NCBI GenBank assembly: GCA_041690595.1
Contig: JAWLHB010000005.1
Span: forward strand, 186,001 to 250,000
Length of the DNA stretch: 64,000 nucleotides
From: Lentisphaeria bacterium
GTDB lineage: Bacteria > Verrucomicrobiota > Lentisphaeria > JABSQK01 > JAWLHB01
Direction of reading: 5' to 3'
The position numbers and the translations under genes are program-made. Below the pieces are notes generated by a model. That model did no database searches and was not told where the DNA came from. It saw only the letters and a list, made by a program, of their open reading frames with translations. Position 1 is the first letter of the stretch. Each line of letters opens with the position of its first letter. Shown one piece after another: positions 9,500 to 20,116 of the stretch.

Positions 9500-10804
9500 A
9501 TGCCCAAGCTCCTCGACACCTACCAGCCCCCCACCCTCCCCGCCGCCGAGATCCACCATCTGCGCTCCCTCGCCCGCCAGATGACCGAGATTGCCGCCTT
9601 GCCCGTCATGGCTGAACGGCGCCAGCTCTGGACCGACATGAACGACGCCCGCCCTCATACCCGTCCCCCCTTCGCCATCGAAAGCTGGACCTTCGACCGC
9701 GACTTCATGCCCGACTCCATCTACCAGTGCGCCAGCGATCAGGGCCGCCGGCTCGAGAAGTACTTCCTGCGCCACATCCGCCATCACCAGCTCCTCGATG
9801 ACGATCACGTCTGCCCCGATACCTACGACATGGGATGGCATGTCTGGCACGATGAGTACGGCATCGAGATCCCCACCCAGTACATCAAGGACTCCGAGGG
9901 CATCGTCACCGGCTATCACTTCGACTGCCCCATCAAGGATCTCGACCGCGATGGCTTCGCCATGGTCAAGCCCGCCGAGTTTGGCGTCGATCGCGAGGGT
10001 ACCATGGCCGAGAAAGCCTTTCTCGAATCTCTCTTCGGCGACATCCTTCCCGTCGTCATCCGCTCCGGCACCTATGCCCACACCTGCCTCACCCAGCGTC
10101 TCATGCGCCTGATGAGCCAGGAAAGCATGTTCATGGCCATCTACGACTGCCCCGACAAGCTCCGCGGCCTCCTCCAACTCCTCCACGACAACGCCAAGCG
10201 CATGGCCCAGTGGGCGGAGCGCGAAGGGCTCCTCGTCGTCAACAACGGCAATCAATGCACCTGCGGCACCTGTTTCAACTTCACCACCCTCCTCCCCAGA
10301 CAGCCCGTCGTCCCCGGCCAGGTCAAGCTCAAGGACATGTGGGCCGGCATGGACAGCCAGGAGACCGTCGGCGTCTCACCCCAAGCATTCCACGACATCT
10401 TCTTCCCCTTCTACAGCGACCTCGCCGACATGTTCGGCTTCGTCTATTGGGGCTGTTGCGAACCGGCCGATCCCCTCTGGGAGAAATCCCTCAGCAAACT
10501 GCCCAACCTGAAAGCCATCTCCATTTCCCGCTGGGCAAACCAGGCCCGCATGGCGGAAGCCCTCGCCGGCACCGGCATGGTCTTCTCCCGCAAGCCCAAC
10601 CCCAATCTCCTCGGCGTCGACAGAGTCCTCGACGAAGAAGCCTGGGCAAAAGAGATCCGCGACACCCTCGAGCAGACCGTAAAGTACGACCTCCCCACCG
10701 AGTTCGTCGTGCGCGACGTCTACTCCATGCACGGCAACCTCGACAAAGCCCGCCGTGCCGTCCAGATCGCCAGGAGCGAGATCGACCGCCACTACGCCAG
10801 CTAA
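9500..10804 (+). CDS. Uroporphyrinogen decarboxylase/methyltransferase-like (URO-D superfamily) protein
   Basis: SQETVGVSP..F..IF.PFY, YWGCCEP and ISISRW motifs. The true start is ATG 9500; the upstream part of the track ORF is a shadow of the sulfatase. Confidence 0.6.
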   Translation: MPKLLDTYQPPTLPAAEIHHLRSLARQMTEIAALPVMAERRQLWTDMNDARPHTRPPFAIESWTFDRDFMPDSIYQCASDQGRRLEKYFLRHIRHHQLLDDDHVCPDTYDMGWHVWHDEYGIEIPTQYIKDSEGIVTGYHFDCPIKDLDRDGFAMVKPAEFGVDREGTMAEKAFLESLFGDILPVVIRSGTYAHTCLTQRLMRLMSQESMFMAIYDCPDKLRGLLQLLHDNAKRMAQWAEREGLLVVNNGNQCTCGTCFNFTTLLPRQPVVPGQVKLKDMWAGMDSQETVGVSPQAFHDIFFPFYSDLADMFGFVYWGCCEPADPLWEKSLSKLPNLKAISISRWANQARMAEALAGTGMVFSRKPNPNLLGVDRVLDEEAWAKEIRDTLEQTVKYDLPTEFVVRDVYSMHGNLDKARRAVQIARSEIDRHYAS

Positions 10805-10866
10805 GGCGGAACTCCCATTCGAGCAAGCTCCATGCGCTGCCGCTCGCCGAGGCAAAATGGACGGCA

Positions 10867-11331
10867 TCAACTGAACAGTCCACCCAACCTTCTCAGCACC
10901 CATGTCAGGATGGCATCGGATCCGGTGAAGGCCAGCCAATACGTAAGGAAGGCGGCAGACAACGCAAGACTGAAGACCAAGCCTTCGGTGCCAATGGTGA
11001 CGGTAACGGAGATGATTGCGGTGAAGACCACCACAGCCGCGACCCATGCCGATACTTTCAGCATGCGGCATAGCAAATGGAGGCCCCCCGTAACGAGGAA
11101 GAGAAACAGGCCGAAAGCCGCAACGCAGATGGCATAGAGGAGCACACCGAGGATCATGATGGGAAAAAGGAGAGGCCCACCCATGTCGCCGGTAACGAGG
11201 CAACTTATAAACAAGAAGATGATCGCAGCGAAGGCCAGAACCACCGGCACGGCGAGAAACAACACGAGATAGACTCCCGCCGCGACCGCGTGAGCAATCA
11301 GGAACGTTGCGGTGTCAGGCCATCTTGTCAT
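10867..11331 (-). CDS. Hypothetical integral membrane protein
   Basis: 154 aa, almost entirely hydrophobic with 4-5 TM segments. Confidence 0.55.
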   Translation of the reverse strand: MTRWPDTATFLIAHAVAAGVYLVLFLAVPVVLAFAAIIFLFISCLVTGDMGGPLLFPIMILGVLLYAICVAAFGLFLFLVTGGLHLLCRMLKVSAWVAAVVVFTAIISVTVTIGTEGLVFSLALSAAFLTYWLAFTGSDAILTWVLRRLGGLFS

Positions 11332-11415
11332 CTTGAACCATAACGAAGTGAGCGGGTGGCAGCCACAGTGATTCTCCTTTGCGCCCGTCTCTTGGCACCT
11401 TCGATAGCATGTGAA

Positions 11416-11531
11416 GACCGAACTTGAGGGTCGTGCGTATGCAGAATTCGCGATCCAGCGGGTCTTTGCATTTGCTCATGATGACCAGATTGTGAGCCCA
11501 GGAAAATTCCTCCAACCAGCAGTTGGAGTCT
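11416..11531 (-). pseudogene. Frameshifted fragment of a DUF1016/YhcG-family gene
   Basis: Reads RLQLLVGGI, then after a +1 shift SWAHNLVIMSKCKDPLDREFCIRTTLKFG, matching the conserved LQ.LV..ISW.HN..I...CKD...REFY block of DUF1016. The rest of the gene is absent. Confidence 0.7.
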
Positions 11532-11572
11532 TCTAACCGCTGATGACTCTGGTTGCGAGACTGGGTTGAAGC

Positions 11573-14500
11573 CTAAGGTTCGAGGGTGAAGGGGATGTCG
11601 GGAGGGGTGGGCTGGCTGGCGAGGAGTTCTTTGCAGCGGCGGGCCTTGGCGGTCATGCGGCATTGCTCGTACCAGGTGATGGCTTCGGCGTACTCCCCGC
11701 GGGCTTCGGCGTCGGCGCCCATGCTCTTGCAGTAGTCGCGGCGATTGCCGGCGGCAAGATAATGCTGGGCGGCATCCGTGAAACGCTCTTCGGATTCAGC
11801 CAAGGCGGCGCGACAGCGGTGGACGCGCGCTTTGTCGCCGCTCGCCTCGAAGCATCTGGCGGCGTCGGCGAAGAGCTGAATCCTCTGGTAGAGCGCCCCG
11901 GCGCGCGTGATCTCGCCGGCACGTTCCAGCTCTTCGGCAAAGATAGGGCGATCTTTGTAATTGCGATTCATGTAGGTATCAATCCCCGACATCCCATGCT
12001 GCGCGATGCGTCGGCGGAATCTGATGCGGATCAGGAGGCGGTTGATCTGCTCTTCCTGTGCCAAGTATACTGCTCTGGAGGAGGATGAGAGTAGACGAAG
12101 ACAGATCTCCTCGGCCAACGCATCGCGGCCAATCTCGAGAAAACTGGTGGCGGATGCAACGGGATCGGAGTTTCGCGTTTCGAGGGCATGCAGCCAGAGA
12201 GCTGCGTCGGCATGGGAAGAGCGGCGGAGGCAATGCATCAGTTGACGGGTCTGCCCCAGGCGTTCATAGAGGCGGGCGGCGTCGAGCCACTTCTGCTGGG
12301 ATTCGAAACTCTTCGCTTCATGAGCGAGCGCGCGATCGGAGTCGCCAACCGAGCGCCAGTGTTCGGCGGCGCCGGCGTGGTCGCCGCTGCGTTCGGCAGC
12401 CAGGGCGGCGGCGCGTGCCGCCTTCTGGTGAGAGCCAGCCTGCCGCCAGACCTGAGCGGCTTCGCCGTGCTGTCCGCTCTCCTCCAGCAGGGAGGCAACC
12501 TTGGCCAGATCGCCCTCCTGCCTGGCCATCTGGATGCGCAGGACGAGGACCTGATCTCGCATGCCGGCACGCATGTACAGGTCGATCGCCCCCTTGAGAT
12601 CGTTCTGCTTGACGGCAATGCGGGCGGCATCGACGAAGTTGCGGTTGCGCTCGTGGAGCTGGCGCATGCAGCGGCGGTAGCCGTCGGTGTCGTTGGCCTT
12701 CTGCCAGGCTTCGGCAGCTTGGCGAATCATGCCGGCGGCCTCGTAATTGGTGGCGGCGGCCTGCCATTCGCGTACGCTGTTGTAGGCTTCGGCGGCATCT
12801 CTATAATTGCCGATGCGGGCAAGGCAGGGGGCGGCGCGGCCAAGCTCTTCCAGAGCGATGAAGAGATCGGCGGCGCGGCGATCGCGGCCGACGCTCTCCT
12901 CGAAGGCGGCCATGGCCAGTTGCTCCTGGCGACGGCTTCCGGCGCGGCGATAGCATTCGGCGGCCTGGCGAAAACGGCCGCGCTCCAGAAAGTAGTTACC
13001 TTCCGCCGCCCATTGATCCGGCGACGTGGCAAAGAGCATGAACTTGGCGAGCGCATCCGGGGCATCCTGCTCGATAAAGGCGCGAAACTGGGGGCCCTGC
13101 CAGAGTTCGACAGCGGCCGGATCGGCCTCGTAGACGCCCAAATAGCGGCGCGCGCGGGTGATGGCGACATAGGCATGACGAAGCACCCGCCGGGCACCCG
13201 GATCTTCCTTCAACTCGGCATCGTCCTGGAGGATCTTCGCCCACAACTTGATGTCGCCGCCGAAGAGGTTCCAGATGACGCAACCGTCGAATTCGAGTCC
13301 CTTGGCGCCGGCGATGTCGAAGACGCGCTCGCTTTCGAGGTGTCGGCTCAGCCGCTCGGCATCCTCAACGGTGGGGACGATGATGGCGCAGCGGGGGCCG
13401 AAGCCCTTAACCTGTTCGATGACCTGCGCTTCCGCGCCGGTCACCAGGATGGGGGTGGAGCCGCGAAGGGTGGTCTCCTGAAGGTAGTCGTCGTCACTGC
13501 GGCCGGTACGATCGCGCTGCACGCGGACAAAGGCGTTGGCGATGCCGACGATGCTCTGTACGCTGCGATAGTTGCGGGTGAGGCTGCTGATCTCGGGCGC
13601 GGCAGAGCCGGGGGTGAGGTCGCGCAGGAGGGAGCGCAGCTCCGCCCAGCGGAAGCCGCTGGGATTGACGATCTGCTGCGGGTCGGCGGCGAAGAAGAGC
13701 CCGGAGAGATCGTGAACAAGCTCCAGGAGGAAGCGCATCTCGAGTTCCGTGAGGTCCTGCCCCTCATCGCAGATGACCTGGTGGTAACGCAGCTCGGGAT
13801 GGTCGCGCAAGGTGCGGAGAGCGCGACGCGCAAGGTCGATGTCGTCCATGCGGCCGCCGTCGCGGCACCACTCCTGATACTTGAGGAAGACCTGGTAGAG
13901 CCGGGGGCGCTCATGCGAGAAGAGGGGAGCCCGCTTGCGGCCGAGCTGCTCGTACTCTTCGCGGCTCAGGTGTTCGCGGGTAAGGTCGAGGCAGGAACCC
14001 TTGATGATGCCGCGAATCTCCTCCCAGGCCAGGGCGGCGTCGTTGCGCCGGTAGATCATCCTGTACCACTGCTCGAAGTGGGGATAGCGCAGGAGCTGAC
14101 GTCGCTCGACATGGCGACCGGCCAATTCTTCGAAGAGCTGGGGAAAGGTCTTGAAGTCGGGCAGGCTTCCGGGAAGTGGCTTACGGCGCGCGTGAAAGAG
14201 ATCGCGAAAGAGCTGCCTGGCGGCGTTGAGCAGGGGCTCGCTGTAGGTGACCAGCAGGAGGCGGCTGCCCGGCTGCTCGCAGACGGCGCGGGCGAGACGA
14301 TAGACGCTGACGGTGGTCTTGCCGGAACCGGCGGTGCCGCGCAGCAGTAGCGGGCCTGGCCGGTAGAGAGTGAGCGCCTGTTCGCGGCTGAGCTTGAGTT
14401 CGAGATCGCTGACGCCCGGGTCGTCGAGCAAGGCCTGCCATTCCTCTTCATCGGTGATGATGTCGGGATCGACCTCGAACCAGCGGATGGACTCGGTCAG

Positions 14501-14983
14501 TTCATCAGTAGTAGTGTTGATATGACCGGGGTCGTTGATCCAGGCGCTGAGTTGGGCGGTGTCGCTGGTCTCGTAGTCGGCGGCGGCTTCGGGCGCGACA
14601 GGCGGCTCGTCAATCTCCATGTCGGCGATGACGTCGAAGTCGAGGAAGCCCGTTTCGGGCTGCAAGTTCATGCGGCGGGCGCGATCGATGTGATCGTGAT
14701 CGACGATATCCCAAGCGAGAAGATAATGCTCGAGGGCGTGCGGAGGATGCGGCGAATAGGCGCGGCTGACGGTGAAGAGGAGACGCAGCGATCGGTCGAC
14801 CCTTGCCTCGTACACGAACTTCGAGATCCCCTTGAGGAGCTTGACGCGCGTACCACCTCCCCAACTGCCCAGCTGAAGACGCTCGAGGGTCTTCTGCAAC
14901 AGCCCGCGAACGCTCTTCTGCTCGCCGCGCAGCACGGGAACGAGGGTATGGTGCACCAGGATGTTGAAGAAGGGAGAAGCCAT
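11573..14983 (-). CDS. UvrD-like SF1 helicase with N-terminal RelE-like domain and C-terminal TPR-like repeats (TRANK1-like architecture)
   Basis: GTAGSGKT, ICDEGQD, AADPQQ, LTRNYRS, AKGLEFD, YVAITRAR; many AA..Y..AG helical repeats in the C-terminal ~470 aa. Confidence 0.85.
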   Translation of the reverse strand: MASPFFNILVHHTLVPVLRGEQKSVRGLLQKTLERLQLGSWGGGTRVKLLKGISKFVYEARVDRSLRLLFTVSRAYSPHPPHALEHYLLAWDIVDHDHIDRARRMNLQPETGFLDFDVIADMEIDEPPVAPEAAADYETSDTAQLSAWINDPGHINTTTDELTESIRWFEVDPDIITDEEEWQALLDDPGVSDLELKLSREQALTLYRPGPLLLRGTAGSGKTTVSVYRLARAVCEQPGSRLLLVTYSEPLLNAARQLFRDLFHARRKPLPGSLPDFKTFPQLFEELAGRHVERRQLLRYPHFEQWYRMIYRRNDAALAWEEIRGIIKGSCLDLTREHLSREEYEQLGRKRAPLFSHERPRLYQVFLKYQEWCRDGGRMDDIDLARRALRTLRDHPELRYHQVICDEGQDLTELEMRFLLELVHDLSGLFFAADPQQIVNPSGFRWAELRSLLRDLTPGSAAPEISSLTRNYRSVQSIVGIANAFVRVQRDRTGRSDDDYLQETTLRGSTPILVTGAEAQVIEQVKGFGPRCAIIVPTVEDAERLSRHLESERVFDIAGAKGLEFDGCVIWNLFGGDIKLWAKILQDDAELKEDPGARRVLRHAYVAITRARRYLGVYEADPAAVELWQGPQFRAFIEQDAPDALAKFMLFATSPDQWAAEGNYFLERGRFRQAAECYRRAGSRRQEQLAMAAFEESVGRDRRAADLFIALEELGRAAPCLARIGNYRDAAEAYNSVREWQAAATNYEAAGMIRQAAEAWQKANDTDGYRRCMRQLHERNRNFVDAARIAVKQNDLKGAIDLYMRAGMRDQVLVLRIQMARQEGDLAKVASLLEESGQHGEAAQVWRQAGSHQKAARAAALAAERSGDHAGAAEHWRSVGDSDRALAHEAKSFESQQKWLDAARLYERLGQTRQLMHCLRRSSHADAALWLHALETRNSDPVASATSFLEIGRDALAEEICLRLLSSSSRAVYLAQEEQINRLLIRIRFRRRIAQHGMSGIDTYMNRNYKDRPIFAEELERAGEITRAGALYQRIQLFADAARCFEASGDKARVHRCRAALAESEERFTDAAQHYLAAGNRRDYCKSMGADAEARGEYAEAITWYEQCRMTAKARRCKELLASQPTPPDIPFTLEP

Positions 14984-14989
14984 GAAACC

Positions 14990-15796
14990 TCAGGTGGCGG
15001 CATAGCTGTACGTGGTGTCGATCTCGATGGTTCTGGAAATCCGGTGCTGTTCGGCGACGATCATCTCGACATCTCCACGCTCCATCTCGGCCAGGCGGCC
15101 GGCCATGAGATCATGCACGAGCCGCGGCCGATTGCATTCTTCGCTGAGGTGCGCGAGAATCAGGTGCCGGGTGCGGGAGCCGACGATATTGGGTACCAGT
15201 TGCGCCGCCAACTGGTTACTCAAATGGCCTCGCCGGCTGAGGATGCGGTTCTGCAGCCGAATCGGGCGACGGGACTGGCGCAGCAGCTCGGGATCGTGGT
15301 TACTCTCCAGAATGATCGCTTCGCAATCCTTCAGCTTGAAGGGAACGGCCGCTCCCGGATGGCCAAAATCCGTCGCGATCCCGATGCGGCAGCCTCCCGC
15401 ATGAACGATGAATCCAACCGGATCGACCGCGTCGTGGCAGATCGAGAAGGCATCGACGCGAAAAGGGCCGACATCGAATGGAGCACCATTGGCAAAGATG
15501 CTCAGCCTCTCGGGAGCATTTTCCTTATACCTCAGCCGCTCGGCTGTCAGGGCATTCGTGTAGACCGGCGCATCGGTATGGCGGTCGGCAAAGACGCGGA
15601 GGCCTTTGATATGATCGGCATGCTCGTGGGTAACGAGCAGACCGCGGATACTATCGGGGGGGATGGCAGCGTCCATCATGCGGCGCTTGATTTCAACTCC
15701 GGAAAAACCCGCGTCGATCATCAACGAATGATCGCCGAACCGGAGCACCATGCAGTTGCCGTCACTGCCGCTGCCGAGAATCGTCACATTGAGCAT
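14990..15796 (-). CDS. MBL-fold metallo-hydrolase (YycJ/WalJ-like)
   Basis: LGSGSDGN, THEHADH, HDAVDP, LESNHD, GHLSN, LAHLSEECN. Confidence 0.9.
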   Translation of the reverse strand: MLNVTILGSGSDGNCMVLRFGDHSLMIDAGFSGVEIKRRMMDAAIPPDSIRGLLVTHEHADHIKGLRVFADRHTDAPVYTNALTAERLRYKENAPERLSIFANGAPFDVGPFRVDAFSICHDAVDPVGFIVHAGGCRIGIATDFGHPGAAVPFKLKDCEAIILESNHDPELLRQSRRPIRLQNRILSRRGHLSNQLAAQLVPNIVGSRTRHLILAHLSEECNRPRLVHDLMAGRLAEMERGDVEMIVAEQHRISRTIEIDTTYSYAAT

Positions 15797-15927
15797 CAGT
15801 CACCTCTTGTTGCACGATGCAATGTAGATGGCTCCCAGCCGATTTAAACTGGCCTTCAGAGAATTGGTGGCGTATAGTAAGGCATCAGCTACAGTGATAT
15901 GGATATGGTAATCAGAGGAACGATCAT

Positions 15928-17400
15928 ATGGTACAGCATGGCTTGCATCTGAGCCAGGATTTGAGCCTGCGGCAAGAGCAGATTATTGCGCCGCATCAGA
16001 TCCAGTCGCTGGAAATTCTGGCGATCCCCCTGCTGGACCTGCAGGCCCGCGTCAATCAGGAGATGGAAGACAATCCCACCCTCGAGTTAATGGACTCCGA
16101 GAGCGAGCAGTTGATCGGCGATCCCATGGAAGAACTGTCAGATCCACAGTCGGACAACCGGGAGCTCGCCGGTGATGTCGCCGAAAAGGACGAGTACCTC
16201 GCCAACCTCATGCAGATTGACGACATGTGGCGCGAGTACGTCCCCCCCAACCATGCCAAGCAGTACGCCACCGCGGATGACGAGGAAAAGCGGCGCTACT
16301 TCTTCGATTCGCTGACTACGGAAAAGACCCTCGCGGATGACCTCCTCGAGCAATTACGCCTGAGCGATACCGATGACGAAACGGCCATGCTCGCCGAGCA
16401 GATCATCGGCAGTCTGGACGAGGCCGGCTACCTGCGCGCCACGCTCGAAGAGCTGGCCACAAGCATGGCGGCCGATACGGCGGCCGTAAAGAAGGCTCTC
16501 GATCTGGTGCAGACCTTCGAGCCTCCCGGCATCGGCGCCCGCGATCTGCGCGAATGCCTCCTTATCCAGCTTCGTCACAATGGCCGCGAAAACTCACTCA
16601 CCTACAAGGTGGTCGACAAACACCTCGAGGACATCGCGCGCAACCGCATCCCGCAGATGGCGAAGGCGCTGAAGACCTCCCCGCCGGCGCTCTATGAGGT
16701 CATCGAAGAGATCAAGCGGCTGCAGCCACGTCCCGGCAGCGCCTCGGAAAACAATCACGTCCAGTATGTACTGCCGGAACTTGAGGTGGAACTGGACGAG
16801 GAGCAGAACAACTACGTGGTGAAGTCGCAGCGCGACTATCTTCCCCGGCTGCGCATCTCCCCCCACTATCTGCGCATCCTCGAGGATCCCTCGGTGCCCA
16901 AAGAGGTGAAGCAGTACGTGCGGGAGAAGATCACCGGCGGCAATTTCCTGATCAAGAGCATCGCCCAGCGTCAATCGACGCTGCAGACAATCACGCAGAT
17001 CATCGTGGCGCGGCAACGCGCCTTTCTGGAAGAGGGCGAGGAGGCGCTGCACCCCTTGACCATGAGCCAGGTGGCGGATGAGATCGGTGTGCACGAGACC
17101 ACGGTCAGTCGTGCCATCGCCAACAAGTTTGTCCAGACACCGCGCGGTCTCTACCCCCTGAAGTTCTTCTTTGCCGGCGGCTATGAGACGGAAGATGGCG
17201 AGATGCTCAGCAGTCACAGCATCAAGCACAAGTTGCAGACGCTGATCACCGAGGAGAATCCCAACAAGCCCCTGAGCGATCAGAAGCTGGTGAACCTGCT
17301 CAAGCAGGATGGCTTGAATGTTGCGCGGCGCACCGTCGCCAAGTACCGGGAAGAGCTGGGGATACCCTCCTCTCACCTGCGCAAGAACCACTCAAGCTAA
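15928..17400 (+). CDS. rpoN: RNA polymerase sigma-54 factor
   Basis: RpoN box ARRTVAKYRE; HTH HETTVSRA; PPGIGARDLRECL. Confidence 0.97.
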   Translation: MVQHGLHLSQDLSLRQEQIIAPHQIQSLEILAIPLLDLQARVNQEMEDNPTLELMDSESEQLIGDPMEELSDPQSDNRELAGDVAEKDEYLANLMQIDDMWREYVPPNHAKQYATADDEEKRRYFFDSLTTEKTLADDLLEQLRLSDTDDETAMLAEQIIGSLDEAGYLRATLEELATSMAADTAAVKKALDLVQTFEPPGIGARDLRECLLIQLRHNGRENSLTYKVVDKHLEDIARNRIPQMAKALKTSPPALYEVIEEIKRLQPRPGSASENNHVQYVLPELEVELDEEQNNYVVKSQRDYLPRLRISPHYLRILEDPSVPKEVKQYVREKITGGNFLIKSIAQRQSTLQTITQIIVARQRAFLEEGEEALHPLTMSQVADEIGVHETTVSRAIANKFVQTPRGLYPLKFFFAGGYETEDGEMLSSHSIKHKLQTLITEENPNKPLSDQKLVNLLKQDGLNVARRTVAKYREELGIPSSHLRKNHSS

Positions 17401-17418
17401 CCGCAGGAAGGGACGCTG

Positions 17419-17952
17419 ATGGCGGGGGAGCAGGTACGAACCGGCGATGCGATGCCCGTTGCCCGGCCGCCGCACCCCATTGTGCTGGTTCTCGACCGCC
17501 TGCGCAGCGCCTTCAACGTCGGCAACCTCTTTCGCCTCGCGGAAGTCTGTCGGCTCGACCATATCGTCACCTGCGGCTACACCGCCACGCCACCGCATCC
17601 CAAGCTGGAAAAGACGGCTCGCGGGTGCGACAGCCTCGTCCCCTGCCGCCACGTGGAGAGCGCACGCGAAGCCGTCGCCCAACTACATGCGGAAGGCTAT
17701 CATGTGGTAGGCGTGGAGACGGTGCATGGCGCGCCCATGTTATGGGAAGGTGAGTGGTCGTACCCGGTCGCCTTCGTCTTCGGCAATGAAGCACTGGGCG
17801 TCAGCGAAGAGTCGCTGTCGGTCTGCGACAGCTATGTGCAACTGCCCGTCTATGGGTCCAAGAACAGCCTCAATGTCGCCAACTGCGCCGCCGTGGTTAT
17901 TTATGAGGCCATACGCCGCCTGGAGCAGCAAAGCCTGCCCACGAGCGATTGA
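17419..17952 (+). CDS. TrmH/SpoU family RNA methyltransferase
   Basis: VLDRLRSAFNVG, FGNEALG, SLNVA SPOUT motifs. Confidence 0.9.
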   Translation: MAGEQVRTGDAMPVARPPHPIVLVLDRLRSAFNVGNLFRLAEVCRLDHIVTCGYTATPPHPKLEKTARGCDSLVPCRHVESAREAVAQLHAEGYHVVGVETVHGAPMLWEGEWSYPVAFVFGNEALGVSEESLSVCDSYVQLPVYGSKNSLNVANCAAVVIYEAIRRLEQQSLPTSD

Positions 17953-18027
17953 TCCTCTCATTGCAGAGCCCTATATTGGATTTCATGACCAAGAGCGGAC
18001 AACCACCACAAAGGAAACCTCCGACCG

Positions 18028-18318
18028 ATGACTTGGGAAGACTTGAAAGCTCATAAGGTGAAGGTGTACAGCACCCCATGGTGCGGCGACTGCCGCCGAC
18101 TCAAGACCATTCTTGCGGAACATGGGGTCGACTTCGAAGAGATCGATATCGATGCCAAGCCGGAAGCAGCCGACTACCTGGCGAAACGAACTGGCCACAA
18201 AGCCATTCCGTACGCCGAGATTGACGACAAGGTAATCGTCAAGGGATGGCACAAGGATAAACCCGGACGTTGGGACGACACCCTCTTCCTCGAAGAGATT
18301 GAAACTGGACTGAAGTGA
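18028..18318 (+). CDS. Glutaredoxin-like (NrdH/mycoredoxin-type) protein
   Basis: VYSTPWCGDC active site and cis-Pro AIP. Confidence 0.88.
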   Translation: MTWEDLKAHKVKVYSTPWCGDCRRLKTILAEHGVDFEEIDIDAKPEAADYLAKRTGHKAIPYAEIDDKVIVKGWHKDKPGRWDDTLFLEEIETGLK

Positions 18319-18436
18319 AGTGAGTCGAGAGCTTGTAAACTTTCGTAAATCCTTACATAGTATATAGGTTTTTATCCGAAATCGCCGTATCACCGCGCTG
18401 AGGGTGCGGCGCAGCATCACAGGAGAGAAGCGAATC

Positions 18437-19408
<972 letters not shown>

Positions 19409-19480
19409 GGCCGTTCCAGCCCCCATGTCGATCAGGAGGCCGGTCCAGCGTCGAACAGGCGCGGGCCGGCCTTCCGCGTT

Positions 19481-20116
19481 TCAGGCGCCGACGCTGCCGA
19501 GCAGTCTCTCCAACTCCGCGGGAGTTGAAACGATGAAGTCTGGTTCCGCTGTTGATATCTTTTCCCTGGAGTGCCAACCCCAATCGACAGCGACGGTTTC
19601 GATGCCGGCTTCGCGCCCTTCGAGAATGTCACCGGCGGTATCGCCGATGTAGAAGGCGCGATTGAATCCCGCGGTGGCGGCAACAGTGGCGCGGATCTTC
19701 CGGGTCTTGCTGTCGTCGCTGTCGCCGCCGAGAATGGCGGCGAAACAATCCTCCAGGTGGTGAGCCCGCAGATAATGGCGTACAAACGCGGCGCTGTTCG
19801 AGGAGATGATATGGAGAGGATGGGCGGCGGCAAGGCGGCGCAATGCCGCCGGCATACCCGCGACCGGCGCGATCGACCGCGCCCCGGATTGGCTTGCGGC
19901 AGTCACGGCGGCCAGGACGGCGGCGCGCTCCGGCGGTGAAAGACCATGAGATGCCAGTCCTTCATAGACGTTTACAGAGAATAATTCGAGGACCTCCACC
20001 GGCGTGTTGATGGTGTCGCAACCTACAGATTTGCAGGCACTTATGATCACTTCTACCATGAAGTCCCGGGAGTCCACGAGGACCCCATCGAAGTCGAACA
20101 TCAACAAATTAGTCAT
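19481..20116 (-). CDS. HAD family hydrolase (phosphoglycolate phosphatase-like)
   Basis: FDFDGVLVDS, ISSN, YIGDTAGD; start trimmed to ATG 20116. Confidence 0.88.
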   Translation of the reverse strand: MTNLLMFDFDGVLVDSRDFMVEVIISACKSVGCDTINTPVEVLELFSVNVYEGLASHGLSPPERAAVLAAVTAASQSGARSIAPVAGMPAALRRLAAAHPLHIISSNSAAFVRHYLRAHHLEDCFAAILGGDSDDSKTRKIRATVAATAGFNRAFYIGDTAGDILEGREAGIETVAVDWGWHSREKISTAEPDFIVSTPAELERLLGSVGA

